Shown: in pieces, positions 8,061 to 17,481 of the stretch
Layout of the letters: each line of letters opens with the position of its first letter
Position numbering within the stretch: the stretch's first letter is position 1
IMG/VR virus record: IMGVR_UViG_3300042922_000982
Coordinates: 1 to 64,000 of that record
Reading direction: 5' to 3' (one strand)
DNA length: 64,000 nt
From: a virus
The notes under the pieces: generated by a model
Databases searched by the model: none
The model's input: only the letters and a program-made list of their open reading frames with translations
Told to the model about the DNA's origin: nothing
Translations under genes and position numbers: made by a program

Positions 8061-10460
8061 TTAACCTGCCTCCTGCGTGATGAGATGCGTGTTCGCGTCG
8101 TAGCCGACGAGCCCGTACTTCTGACCGGCGGCGACCGCCACCGTCTGCCCGATGGCGCCCGTCGCGTAGTTGACCGCCACCGTGTGCGGCGTGCCGGACG
8201 AGGCCAGCAGGTTCGTGGCGGCCACCACCGGCTCGGTCCAGCCGATTTTCCAGGTCATGATGACGTTGATGTGCTCCGCGATGTAGCAGGCCACCGCGAG
8301 GCACCGGCGCGTCTCGTCGGTGCCCGTGGCCGCCGTGTTGCTCGCCAAGAAGCCCTGGAACCCGGCCATCGGCGGCAGGATCCCCTTCGTGATGCGCAGC
8401 CCCTGGGTGGCCCAGTTGGGCGAGTCGAGCTTGACGGCGCGAATCAGGTCCGGGGTGGGCTTGGTGCCGATCTGCTGCCCCACGTTGGCCGAAGTATCGG
8501 TGTTGACGTAGCCGCCCACCAGGAACATCAAATTCTCGACCTTGAAGGCGACCGAACTCAAGATGCGATCCGTCGCCCACCCGCCGAAGCCCCAGGTGTT
8601 GCCCGCGATGCTGTAGCGCGCGATCATCTGCTCGCCGTGGCCGTTGGTGCCGTTGTACATGTCGAACAAGACATACACGTAGCCGTTATCCACCCACATC
8701 TCGGCGATCTGGTTGATGCCCCAGCTGAAGTTGGTCAGCTGGGTGAACGTGTTGGTCGTGGTGTTGAACGCGTAGAACAAGATCGAGCCAGAGTTGCTCA
8801 TCTGGACCAGGTACAGCGTCTCGTTGCCGTCGCTCACCATGGCCCAGTAGTTACCGTTCGCTGCGGTGAGGGCACCCACCTGCACGTACGCGCCGCCGGG
8901 GGAGGCCGCGTACATGCGGAAGTTGGTACTGGTGGCCGTGCTGCGGCACATCGCGTAAACCTTGCCCGCGTGCGTGACCCAGGCGTGCGCCGTCCAGCTG
9001 GTGACGCCGATCGGGCCGTTGGTGTCCCAGGTGTTCGTCGCGATGTCGTAGCGCCAGCCATAGCCCGCCGTGGTGGTGGCCACCGGCAGGTACAGCTTGC
9101 CGCCGAGCACCATCTGGCGCGATTGGTCGTAAACCAGGATCAGCGCCGGGTTGGCGACGCCGGGCGTGGCGCCGAAGCCCGCGTCCATGGTGACGGGGGT
9201 GAAGATGGGCGCCGACGGGACGCCTTCGAGCGGCAGCAGGCCGTTGGCGTTGTAGACCGCCACCTTGCCCTCGGCCGCCGGGGTGCCCACGCCCGTGGGC
9301 GCGGCGGCCCCGAGGGTGCCGTCCTCGGCGTACAAGATGGCCACGCGCTTGGCCCGGCCGCCGCCGATCTCAAGCACGTTCGCGCCGTCGGCGGCGGTCG
9401 CGTCGCCGAAGTGGAGGCGGTAAATGCCCAGCCCCGACACCTCGACCAGGTGCTGATCCTCGCCGCCCGCCATGGACAAGGCCGCGAGCGCCGCAGGATC
9501 CGCGACGGCCAGGATGCCGTCCATCGAGCCGAAGGCGCTGCGCTGCGCGATCGTGTTTGGGCTCGACGCCATGTTGGGCGACAGGCCCGCGACCGTCTCC
9601 GCGTTGGTGCCGATCATGGGCGTCTTCGAGCACGAGCCCATCACGCGCTCGCCGGGGTCGCCCGTGATGTAGGGGTCCGGGCCCAGTGGGATGTACCCCG
9701 AGCGGAAGCGGGCGTGGCGTACCCCGCCCACCGAAACGACGTCGTAGTGCAAGCCGGGGATCATGGGCGCGCCGCCCTTGAACACCTGCTCATCGAGCCC
9801 GGTGCCGGGCAGCGGGAAGTCGGTCTTCGTGCCGTCGCCCCATCCCATGTGCGCCCACGGCCCGTGGCTGCCGCCGCCCGTGCCGTCGGGATCGTAGGTT
9901 TCGGCAGCCGAGATGGCCACCGGCAGGGTGGCCGTGCCGTCGGATGCCAGGGGCGGAATCTTGCCTGCGCGGAAGCGGACCGTGCGCGTGCCCTCGACCG
10001 TGACCACGTCGTAGTCGGTGCCGTTGTACTGCGGCACGCCGCCCACCTGCACGCGCTCGAAGAAGCCGTTTCCGGGGATGGCGAAGTCGGTCTCGACGCC
10101 GTCACCGTAGCCCACGATCTCGTAGAGGCCATGGATCGTCGTGGTGCCGCCGCCCCCGCCGCCGCCGGACGGCGTGAACACGCGCCAGCCGGGGGAGGGC
10201 AGCGTGCGGTAGATGTGCAGCTCGGGCTCGGAGGCCGGATCGCCGAGCACCCAGCACCAGTGCCCGTCGGCCAGGCCGGTCAGGCCGTTGCGCGCAGTCG
10301 TGTCGGCCAGCTCGCCGCGAAAGCCGCGCCGCGTGTTCATGAATTGCTGGACGTTCCCCGTGCCACCGGCGCTCCCCGAGTCGCCGACCCAGACGGCCGT
10401 GAACGGCTCGATGCGCTCAATGGGGGTCACACCGCCCAGCCGGGTGGGATCGTACGTCAT
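8061..10460 (-). CDS. Tail fibre/receptor-binding protein with a Kelch-like beta-propeller C-terminus
   Basis: 799 aa; two GDG..TDF..PG modules, then repeated YDIATNTW / FNTTTNTF / YSIAGNTW blades. Confidence 0.65.
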   Translation of the reverse strand: MTYDPTRLGGVTPIERIEPFTAVWVGDSGSAGGTGNVQQFMNTRRGFRGELADTTARNGLTGLADGHWCWVLGDPASEPELHIYRTLPSPGWRVFTPSGGGGGGGTTTIHGLYEIVGYGDGVETDFAIPGNGFFERVQVGGVPQYNGTDYDVVTVEGTRTVRFRAGKIPPLASDGTATLPVAISAAETYDPDGTGGGSHGPWAHMGWGDGTKTDFPLPGTGLDEQVFKGGAPMIPGLHYDVVSVGGVRHARFRSGYIPLGPDPYITGDPGERVMGSCSKTPMIGTNAETVAGLSPNMASSPNTIAQRSAFGSMDGILAVADPAALAALSMAGGEDQHLVEVSGLGIYRLHFGDATAADGANVLEIGGGRAKRVAILYAEDGTLGAAAPTGVGTPAAEGKVAVYNANGLLPLEGVPSAPIFTPVTMDAGFGATPGVANPALILVYDQSRQMVLGGKLYLPVATTTAGYGWRYDIATNTWDTNGPIGVTSWTAHAWVTHAGKVYAMCRSTATSTNFRMYAASPGGAYVQVGALTAANGNYWAMVSDGNETLYLVQMSNSGSILFYAFNTTTNTFTQLTNFSWGINQIAEMWVDNGYVYVLFDMYNGTNGHGEQMIARYSIAGNTWGFGGWATDRILSSVAFKVENLMFLVGGYVNTDTSANVGQQIGTKPTPDLIRAVKLDSPNWATQGLRITKGILPPMAGFQGFLASNTAATGTDETRRCLAVACYIAEHINVIMTWKIGWTEPVVAATNLLASSGTPHTVAVNYATGAIGQTVAVAAGQKYGLVGYDANTHLITQEAG

Positions 10461-10485
10461 GCTCTTCTCCTTGCCTCGTCAGGTG

Positions 10486-12186
10486 TTAGTAGCGGTAGCT
10501 CGCCCGGTGCCACTCGCCCGGCTGCGGCTGGTAGCCGTCGACGTAGGTGATCGTGGCGCCTGCGATCGTGTAGTGGAGCGTTTCGGTCAGGGTCGCGCCG
10601 TAGGCCGTGATGACCAGGCTGCCCGCCTTGGGGGTGTTGGGCAGCGTGAAGGTGCGGTTCGTGCCGTCGATGGTGCCGGTGGGCGTGATGTTGCCCGCCT
10701 CGATGCCTTCAGAGGTCTTGTAGGTCTCGAGGGTCGTCGTGCGATCAGCGACGCTCTTGACCTGCGTGTCGAGCAACTTGTCCGCGCCCTTGAGGCTGGT
10801 GGCCGCCGTCAGGTAGTTCGTGGTCCCGTCGGCGGTGTAGGTGCCGCCCGTGCCGAGGCCCGCGCCCGTCTCGATGGCGTCGACCTCGTCTTGGACCGCC
10901 TTGACCTTGGTGTCGAGGGCCACCAGGCCCGCCTTCACCGTGGTGGCGGACCCCAGGTAGTTCGTGCCCGCAGGCGCCGTGTAGGAGCCGTCGGTGTTGA
11001 GCCCCACGCTCGCCTGCGACGTGTTTAGCTCGGTCTGGACACCCGCGATGGCCGTGTCAAGCTTCTTGTCCGCGTCTTTGAGGCTGGTGGCCGCCGTTAA
11101 ATAGGTCGTGGTCCCGTCGGCGGTGTAGGTGCCGGTCGCGCTAAGACCCGCGCCCGTCTCGATCGCGTTGATCTCGTCCATGGCGGCCTTGAGTTGCGTG
11201 TCGAGCTTCTTGTCCGCGTCTTTCAGGCTGGTGGCGGCCGTCAGGTAGTTCGTCGTGGCGTCGGCCGCGTAGGTGCCGGTCGCGCTAAGACCCGCGCCCG
11301 TCTGGGTCGTGTTCAGCTCGTCTTGCACCGACTTGACCTGCAAGTCGAGCAGGCGGGTGGCGTCTTTGAGGCTGGTGGCCGCCGTTAGGTAGTTCGTGGT
11401 CCCGTCGGCGGTGAAGGTGCCGTTCGCGTTGAGGCCCGCGCCCGTCTGCGTGGCGTCCATCTCGCTTTGCAGCACGGCGTTATCCGAGGCGTTCGACACG
11501 CTCTTGATGGCCGCATCCAGCTTCTCGATCGCCGTCATCAGGTCGTCGCCGTTGGCCACGTACCAGGTCGTGGCGTACGTGTTGGTCACGCCCTCGGTGA
11601 TGCCCGTCTTCAAAAACAGCTCGGTGATGTCGTTGAGGCTCTCTTGATCGCGCTCGTTGGTGGCCAGGCCCGCGAAGCGATCGCGAAACTCGGTGTCGGC
11701 CATCTGCGTGAGGTCTTTGCGGTTCGGCAGCTCGACGATGCCGATCGCGTTCGGCAGCCCGACGGTCCAGTTGACGGCGGCGGGAGCGGCGGTCGTCTGG
11801 TCGGCGGTGTCGTGAATGGTGATGGTGTAATCCCAGTTGGCGCCGTTGGCCGCCACGCTCGTGACGCGCCCGTACAGCGGGCGCCCGTTGGGGCCGATCA
11901 GCGGATCGCCGTTCACATCGAGCAGGCCCACGTTGGCCTTGTGCTTGGTCGTTTCGTTGGCGGCCACCACGATGCCGTTGCTCAAGGTGTTGGCCGAGGC
12001 GGCCGTGGCGATCGTGACCACGCAGGTGCTCGTGCCGTCCGTGGGCGCCGTGACGTTGTTGAGGAAGTAGGGCCGAATGAACAGGCAATCGCGCAGGACC
12101 TCGAGCCGCGCGGCGCTTTTCAGCTTGCCTGCGGGGATCGAGTCGTCAATGACGCGGTGGCCGCCAAGGATACCTGCAACAGCCAT
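10486..12186 (-). CDS. Fibre protein with five 48-aa repeats
   Basis: 566 aa; TGAGL..GTYTADGTTNYLTAATSLKDAD..LD repeats with coiled-coil character. Confidence 0.7.
   Translation of the reverse strand: MAVAGILGGHRVIDDSIPAGKLKSAARLEVLRDCLFIRPYFLNNVTAPTDGTSTCVVTIATAASANTLSNGIVVAANETTKHKANVGLLDVNGDPLIGPNGRPLYGRVTSVAANGANWDYTITIHDTADQTTAAPAAVNWTVGLPNAIGIVELPNRKDLTQMADTEFRDRFAGLATNERDQESLNDITELFLKTGITEGVTNTYATTWYVANGDDLMTAIEKLDAAIKSVSNASDNAVLQSEMDATQTGAGLNANGTFTADGTTNYLTAATSLKDATRLLDLQVKSVQDELNTTQTGAGLSATGTYAADATTNYLTAATSLKDADKKLDTQLKAAMDEINAIETGAGLSATGTYTADGTTTYLTAATSLKDADKKLDTAIAGVQTELNTSQASVGLNTDGSYTAPAGTNYLGSATTVKAGLVALDTKVKAVQDEVDAIETGAGLGTGGTYTADGTTNYLTAATSLKGADKLLDTQVKSVADRTTTLETYKTSEGIEAGNITPTGTIDGTNRTFTLPNTPKAGSLVITAYGATLTETLHYTIAGATITYVDGYQPQPGEWHRASYRY
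10745..11465 (-). repeat. Five intragenic tandem 144-bp repeats
   Basis: gcgcccgtct recurs at about 10862, 11150, 11294 and 11438, with a diverged unit near 11006. Confidence 0.85.
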
Positions 12187-12189
12187 GGG

Positions 12190-12846
12190 TTAGTTCCTCC
12201 ACTGGTACTGAACGGTCACCCACTCGCCCCCGATGGGCTTGGAGCCGGGCAGGATCTCGATCACGTTGTCATGCCAGGTGTAGTCGATGGTCGGCTGCAA
12301 CTTCAAAATGTCCGAGATCCACACCACCGGCACCGTGTCCGGCGCGATGATGTGCGGCACCGTGAAGGTGCCGTTGCCGTCCGTGCCATCGGTGGAGTTG
12401 ACGAGGCCCGTCGGCGTGACCGACTGGCTGTAAACGGGGCCTTCGGGGTAGCCGGGCGTCACGCCGCCGTCGGGCCCGATCTGGTATTCGTCGATTTCGA
12501 TGAGCTCACCCTCCACTCGCGGCGCGAAGAAGCGGATCGACTGATCGTCGACCTCCTCCCAGTGCACGCCCTCGACGTGCTGCGCCGAACCCGACACCAC
12601 GCGCAAGCGCCGCTGCCCCGTCTGGTACGTTTCGGGCAGGGGCACCACCGTCTGGCCCGCCACGGCGATGATCAAGGGGTAACGCTTGATGCGCACCGTC
12701 TCCAGGCTCAAGCTCGCCAGGTGGCCCGCCTGGGCGGCCAGGGCGCCGTCGATCATCTCGATGGTCGTGTTCATGCGCCCGCGCCCCGCCTGGCCAGGCA
12801 GTTGAAGCGGGAAGTTGTACTGGCTGGTCTCAGTCGGCTCAGGCAT
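12190..12846 (-). CDS. Virion structural protein (fibre adaptor-like)
   Basis: 218 aa; C-terminal module resembles the C-terminus of 10486-12186. Confidence 0.55.
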   Translation of the reverse strand: MPEPTETSQYNFPLQLPGQAGRGRMNTTIEMIDGALAAQAGHLASLSLETVRIKRYPLIIAVAGQTVVPLPETYQTGQRRLRVVSGSAQHVEGVHWEEVDDQSIRFFAPRVEGELIEIDEYQIGPDGGVTPGYPEGPVYSQSVTPTGLVNSTDGTDGNGTFTVPHIIAPDTVPVVWISDILKLQPTIDYTWHDNVIEILPGSKPIGGEWVTVQYQWRN

Positions 12847-12861
12847 GCGTGCGCGTCCTCG

Positions 12862-13761
12862 CTAATCGGCCCATACGGCTTCCTCCCAGAGCGTCCGGCT
12901 ATCGTCCCAGGACAGGACGGGCAAGTCGTCGGGGAGGTCGGTGCGGGCGTCAACCGTGATGATGGGGGCGTCGATGGCGCCAGAGAGCAGCATCACGCGC
13001 GGCCGGAACAACGACCGAACGTCCACCGCCAGGCTCGTGCCGCCGTGGTACAAAAACCGGCGATCGAGCGGTTTCCCGTCGGGGAGGGTGTTGTCGTCGG
13101 GTCGGTAGCTCAGGCGGTAGAACCGCGCCGAGTCCCAGGCCGTTACGAAGGTGCTTGCCTGCTGGCCTTCCCACGATAGCTCGATTTCATGGCGCACACG
13201 CTCGATGTGCCACCAATGTACGCCCGCCGCGCGCAAAAACCCCATCATGTTGGGGATGGCGTCGCCGCCCTGCCCCGTGACGATGTGCACGACCATGACG
13301 TTGTACATCTCGCCGCCCAGGCGCTTGCCCTCCCAGGGGCCGTCATCTAGCTCGACCACCTGGTCGTGCGGCTCCTCGATCGCGATCGCGATGCCCGTCG
13401 CCGCTTGCAGGGTCTCGGTGATCGCTTTGATCGTGACCTTGGGGGTAAACAGCTTCTGCATGAGCCGGATGCGGTACTGGCCAGGCGTCTCCCCCGGCAA
13501 TTGGGGCATCTTGAGCCACACGCCCCAGCGGGCGAGCGCGCTCACGCCGCCGACCGCGTTGCCGGTCTCGTCGGTGGCCGTGTCGAGGAACAAGCCGTCC
13601 TCAAGCTCGCGGTAAATGGCCTCGACGTAGGCGCAGGCGTGCGCGATCGCCCCGATGATCGCCTGGTTGTTCGGGTGATCGGGATTCAGAAACGAGCGCG
13701 GGATGCCCGCGAAGATGCGCTTGTACATGGCCATGCGCTGCGCCGTGGTGAGGGCGGCCAT
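12862..13761 (-). CDS. Baseplate wedge protein (P2 gpI-like)
   Basis: LFLDTAT...LARWG...R/QLPGET..QYRIRL...TIKAI motif; directly follows baseplate J. Confidence 0.7.
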   Translation of the reverse strand: MAALTTAQRMAMYKRIFAGIPRSFLNPDHPNNQAIIGAIAHACAYVEAIYRELEDGLFLDTATDETGNAVGGVSALARWGVWLKMPQLPGETPGQYRIRLMQKLFTPKVTIKAITETLQAATGIAIAIEEPHDQVVELDDGPWEGKRLGGEMYNVMVVHIVTGQGGDAIPNMMGFLRAAGVHWWHIERVRHEIELSWEGQQASTFVTAWDSARFYRLSYRPDDNTLPDGKPLDRRFLYHGGTSLAVDVRSLFRPRVMLLSGAIDAPIITVDARTDLPDDLPVLSWDDSRTLWEEAVWAD

Positions 13762-13764
13762 GGA

Positions 13765-14949
13765 CTAGCCCCCCTGCGTGAAGGTCACGGCGCCGAGCGC
13801 CACCTTCTCGTAGGGGAAGAGATCCCCCGGTCCGAAGGTCGTCCCGTACTCGTTGGTCTCGGCACGAACCGTCAGGTTCGTTTCCGGCCAGGCCAGATTG
13901 ATGCCGTTGTAGCCGGGCACGCTCTCGATCGCCTCGACCAGCTCCAGCCGGTTGAGCCCCTGCTTTTGCCGTTTGCCCGCGAACAGGGCCTGCCAGCGGG
14001 CCAAAACGGCCGCCTCCAGGGTGGCCTGATTCACGGTGCCGTCGTTGAAGATGCGTGCCTTCACCGGCACCAGCCGATCCACGCGCGGCAGCACCTTGAG
14101 CTTCGCACCCGCCACGCGCCATTCGAGCCCGATCGTGGCCTTGGTGGCCGCGAGCTTGGCGCTTGAGACCGGCGTGCCGTCGTCCACGTAGACCCACACC
14201 TGCCCGACGCCCGGCTCGGCGATGAAGACGACCGGGTAGCCCGCTTGGACCGCGCCGTAGTAGATGGCGCCTCGGGTGCCGCGCGAGAGGCTTTCGAGGA
14301 ACAGGACCGTCGCGTCGCGCAGCTCCTCGTTCGATTGCTTGTCCGCGCCACCGCTCCACGCCGCGCGCACAAATACGCGCGTGATGCCCGTGATCGGCAC
14401 GATCGGCGACAATTCGGTGCCGGGGACCAGGTTGCCCTTGGCGCCCGCGTCGACGGCCTGGGCGGCGACGGTGACCTCATCGGTGCCCACGGCGATCTCG
14501 CCGGGAAATAGGGTCTTGACGATCGTGCCGTCGGGGGTGCGGAACTGGGCGTTGACGGTGACGGCCGCGCCGGGCTCCCCCTCGAACACGAGCAAGCCTG
14601 CGGCGGTGCTGGCGGGCACGCGCTTGACCTGGCCGAACGTGAAGTTTTCGATGATGCGGTCGAGGTTCTCGTCCTCGGCCTCGTCCATGAAGAATTTGGC
14701 GGGCAGGTCGATGAAGTACGCATACATCAGCTCTTCGAGCGGCCCGGCGACGCCCTCGAAGATGGCCAGGCCCACCGAGCCCTCGCCGAAGTCGTCGACC
14801 GAGAGGGGGCGGGTGGTGCCCTCCTGGTGCGCGATGGCGTAGTCGACCATCATCTGGGCCAGGCCGTCGAACGGAAGCGCCTTTAGCTCGTCGTCGGCGT
14901 GCGTGTGGCCGGTGGTCACCGCGCCGTCGTCGTGGTCGTGCTCGCTCAT
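13765..14949 (-). CDS. Baseplate J-like protein
   Basis: AEDENLDRI...R.PA..A.G, GAKGN, GGADKQSNEELR..LSRGT motifs. Confidence 0.85.
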   Translation of the reverse strand: MSEHDHDDGAVTTGHTHADDELKALPFDGLAQMMVDYAIAHQEGTTRPLSVDDFGEGSVGLAIFEGVAGPLEELMYAYFIDLPAKFFMDEAEDENLDRIIENFTFGQVKRVPASTAAGLLVFEGEPGAAVTVNAQFRTPDGTIVKTLFPGEIAVGTDEVTVAAQAVDAGAKGNLVPGTELSPIVPITGITRVFVRAAWSGGADKQSNEELRDATVLFLESLSRGTRGAIYYGAVQAGYPVVFIAEPGVGQVWVYVDDGTPVSSAKLAATKATIGLEWRVAGAKLKVLPRVDRLVPVKARIFNDGTVNQATLEAAVLARWQALFAGKRQKQGLNRLELVEAIESVPGYNGINLAWPETNLTVRAETNEYGTTFGPGDLFPYEKVALGAVTFTQGG

Positions 14950-15530
14950 TAATAACTCCTCTTGGCCGTGAGGTCGAAGGTGTCGGCGCCGCCCACCAGC
15001 TGGACGTTGCCCGTGATCACAATCTGGCGGACGCCGGGGTTCTGGGTAACTTTCAGGTTGACGACGTTGCTCACGCGGGGATCACGCCGGATGACGCGCC
15101 CCGCCTCCAGCTTCAAGAACCGCAAGTACAGGTCGGTTCCGGCCACGCCCACGTAGCGGTCGAGGTCCAGGCCGTACTCCGGGTGGGCCAGCAATTCCTC
15201 GAGGTTGGTCGTGAGCGCGCGCACCACGGCGGCGGCCACGTTCTCGATGCCGGTCGTCACGCCGATGCCGCCCGACTCGCTAAACACGATGCCCTGGTTG
15301 TCGTCGACGGCGATGTCGGTCAGGTACGGGTTGCCGGGCGTGGTGCCCACCCCGACCGCGATCGGGATGAACAGATCGGTGATGCCCGCCGCTTGCAGGT
15401 CGAAGTCGGCCGGGGTGAGGCTGTTGGTCGCAACGATGTCGACCCAGCGCAGGTGATCGCCGAAGTACTTCAGGGCGATCGAGCGCAGGGTGTCGGTTTC
15501 GATCACGCTATGGCGCAAAAGGCTAGACAC
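14949..15530 (-). CDS. LysM-like plus gp25/GPW baseplate wedge protein
   Basis: DTLRSIALKYFGD..RW..I..N followed by L.T...EL..HPEYG...DPRV. Confidence 0.8.
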   Translation of the reverse strand: MSSLLRHSVIETDTLRSIALKYFGDHLRWVDIVATNSLTPADFDLQAAGITDLFIPIAVGVGTTPGNPYLTDIAVDDNQGIVFSESGGIGVTTGIENVAAAVVRALTTNLEELLAHPEYGLDLDRYVGVAGTDLYLRFLKLEAGRVIRRDPRVSNVVNLKVTQNPGVRQIVITGNVQLVGGADTFDLTAKRSY

Positions 15531-15533
15531 CGC

Positions 15534-16502
15534 CTAGCACCTCCGCATGTCGCGCTTGAGCGCCTGCCACTCGGTGGTGATCGGGCTCGTGATGTTGCGG
15601 AACCATTTCCCGGCGTGCTTGAGCGAGCACCACAAATTGACCAGCCCCCGGCTCCACCGGATCACGTTCGCCACGCCCTGGATGGCGCCCCGCACCACAT
15701 TGATCAGATCGCGGCACGCCTTCGCGGCGCGCTGGGCGGCTGCCACCATGCCCTTGAACGACTTGACCACCCCCGAGACGACGTCTCGGATGCCCTTTTG
15801 CACCGCCTTGACCATGGCGATCAAGTTGAGGGCGCCGGTCGCGAGCAAGTTGGCCACCCCGATGAACGCCTGGCCGGTGCCGGTTTTCGACAGGTCGCCG
15901 AGCAAGCCGACGCCGTCGTCCATGTTCTTGAGCAGGCCGTCGGGGTCGGGCGGGTTCATGAGCATGTAGCGCGTGCCGAGCTGGTCGGCGACGTCGTCGT
16001 GCTGCTTGTAGGCGAGCAGGCTCAGGGTGTAGTTGAACAGCAAAGGCGCGTTCGAGTTGCGGCTGCGGCGCAGGGCCTCCTGGCCGTTCGGGATGACGAA
16101 CCAGTGCTCGTCTTCCTCCCACATGTGCAGGACGATCTGGGCCTTTTTGTGCTTGCCCTCGGGGTTGACCGCGTTGTCGTGGGCAATCTGGGCATGGCGG
16201 CGCATGTAGCCCACCAGGCGCTTGAACGCCTGATAGCCGTCGAGCGGCTCGCCGCCGTCGACCGCGCGCTTCACGCTGAAGCCGGTATGCCCGTCGAGCG
16301 TGATCGGCTTGAAGCCGCCGCCCCATTCCTCGATGTAGTGGCTCGTCAGGGTCTCTTGCGCACCCGAGCGGAAGGGCTCCGACATGCTGGTCGATTGCGG
16401 GGCGATCGGCAGCGTGAGGAAGTCGGGGCCGTCGTCGGTGATGAACTCGAGGGTGTAGGCGGTCAGCTCGCGCGCCTGCTTGGATTCCTGGGTTTGCGGC
16501 AC
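15534..16502 (-). CDS. Tail tube initiator/baseplate protein
   Basis: LPIAPQS..M.EP.R....T...Y.EEWG.G...ITLDGHTGF; position between spike and gp25. Confidence 0.65.
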   Translation of the reverse strand: MPQTQESKQARELTAYTLEFITDDGPDFLTLPIAPQSTSMSEPFRSGAQETLTSHYIEEWGGGFKPITLDGHTGFSVKRAVDGGEPLDGYQAFKRLVGYMRRHAQIAHDNAVNPEGKHKKAQIVLHMWEEDEHWFVIPNGQEALRRSRNSNAPLLFNYTLSLLAYKQHDDVADQLGTRYMLMNPPDPDGLLKNMDDGVGLLGDLSKTGTGQAFIGVANLLATGALNLIAMVKAVQKGIRDVVSGVVKSFKGMVAAAQRAAKACRDLINVVRGAIQGVANVIRWSRGLVNLWCSLKHAGKWFRNITSPITTEWQALKRDMRRC

Positions 16503-16531
16503 CGTGACACCTCCTTCCTTGCTCTACGTCG

Positions 16532-16572
16532 AGAGTAGCTCGAAGGCGTGGCGCCGTGGGGCCGTTTTGCCA
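16532..16572 (-). promoter_or_regulatory. Late-type promoter TGGCAAA-N28-TACTCT
   Basis: Intergenic, upstream of the AAGGAGG RBS of 15534-16502. Confidence 0.6.
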
Positions 16573-16609
16573 GGCGTCTTGACTTTTGCTCGGGCGGACC
16601 GATCGGGGA

Positions 16610-17458
16610 CTAGGCCAGCACCGAGCTATTGCCCGAGGTGATCTTGCCCACGCTCGGACTAAAGGGGATCGGGCTGGGGATCAAGACGTCGTCGCCGACC
16701 CTGGCCATGGGCATCGCGCCGTTGTTGTGGCGAATGATGCCGCCTTTGACGTCGACCACCGACGCGCCCTCGACCGACACGTTGGGCGCCTTGACGATCG
16801 CCTGGCCCTGCGACTCGATGCGCACGTCGCCTGCGGCCTTGACCGTGAGATCACTCGGCAGCTCCACGGTCATGGCGCCGTCCTTGATGGCGATCTTCGT
16901 GCCGTCGGCGAGCTTGACGTTCACCTGGAACGGCGCGGGCTTCGGGTTGTCGACCGGCGGGAGGTCCTGCATGGGGTTGCCGTCTTGGCTCTCGCGCTTT
17001 TGCCCCGTGTGATCCTCGGTCGGCTCGCTGAGCGCGCCGATCGTCACGTAGGAGCCGTCGGCGTAGCGCACCTCGACGTCGCCGTTGTCGTGGAAGGTGC
17101 GGTGCATGCCCGACGGATGCAGGTCGCGCTCGGCGTTTTTCGTCGTGGGCGGCTTCGGGGTCCGCGTGCGGCGGGGCAAGACGCCCAGCACGAACGGCTC
17201 TTCCTTGGTGCCGTAGAGCCACTGGACCACCACGAGCGATCGGCGGCGCGGCGGCTTGAAGCGATCGCGGTCGGGCCCCGAGGCCGGGGCCAGCACCGTC
17301 ACGTTCGAGAGCGGGACCAGCGTGTCGAGCAGAATGTCGACCGTGCCGTCGGGGTTGACGCTCGTAACGCGGCCCGCCTGTGGCACAGCAAGGCCCCCCG
17401 AGGCGACGCCACGGGTATCTTTTGGCTTGGGCAGGTTGGATTGGCGTACAGGGTTCAC
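16610..17458 (-). CDS. Baseplate central spike (gpV/gp5 OB-fold) with a PAAR-like tip
   Basis: Start reassigned to GTG 17458 (AGGAG RBS); GRVTSVN...P.VLG.L, HPSG, C-terminal MARVGD...GKITSG. Confidence 0.75.
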   Translation of the reverse strand: MNPVRQSNLPKPKDTRGVASGGLAVPQAGRVTSVNPDGTVDILLDTLVPLSNVTVLAPASGPDRDRFKPPRRRSLVVVQWLYGTKEEPFVLGVLPRRTRTPKPPTTKNAERDLHPSGMHRTFHDNGDVEVRYADGSYVTIGALSEPTEDHTGQKRESQDGNPMQDLPPVDNPKPAPFQVNVKLADGTKIAIKDGAMTVELPSDLTVKAAGDVRIESQGQAIVKAPNVSVEGASVVDVKGGIIRHNNGAMPMARVGDDVLIPSPIPFSPSVGKITSGNSSVLA

Positions 17459-17481
17459 AGCGGGCTCCTGTGGGGGTGATG

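Noticed and set aside
5239-10460. Diversity-generating retroelement or invertible fibre shufflon
   Set aside because: No reverse transcriptase or invertase is seen, paralog differences are not adenine-specific, and all fibre genes share one orientation.
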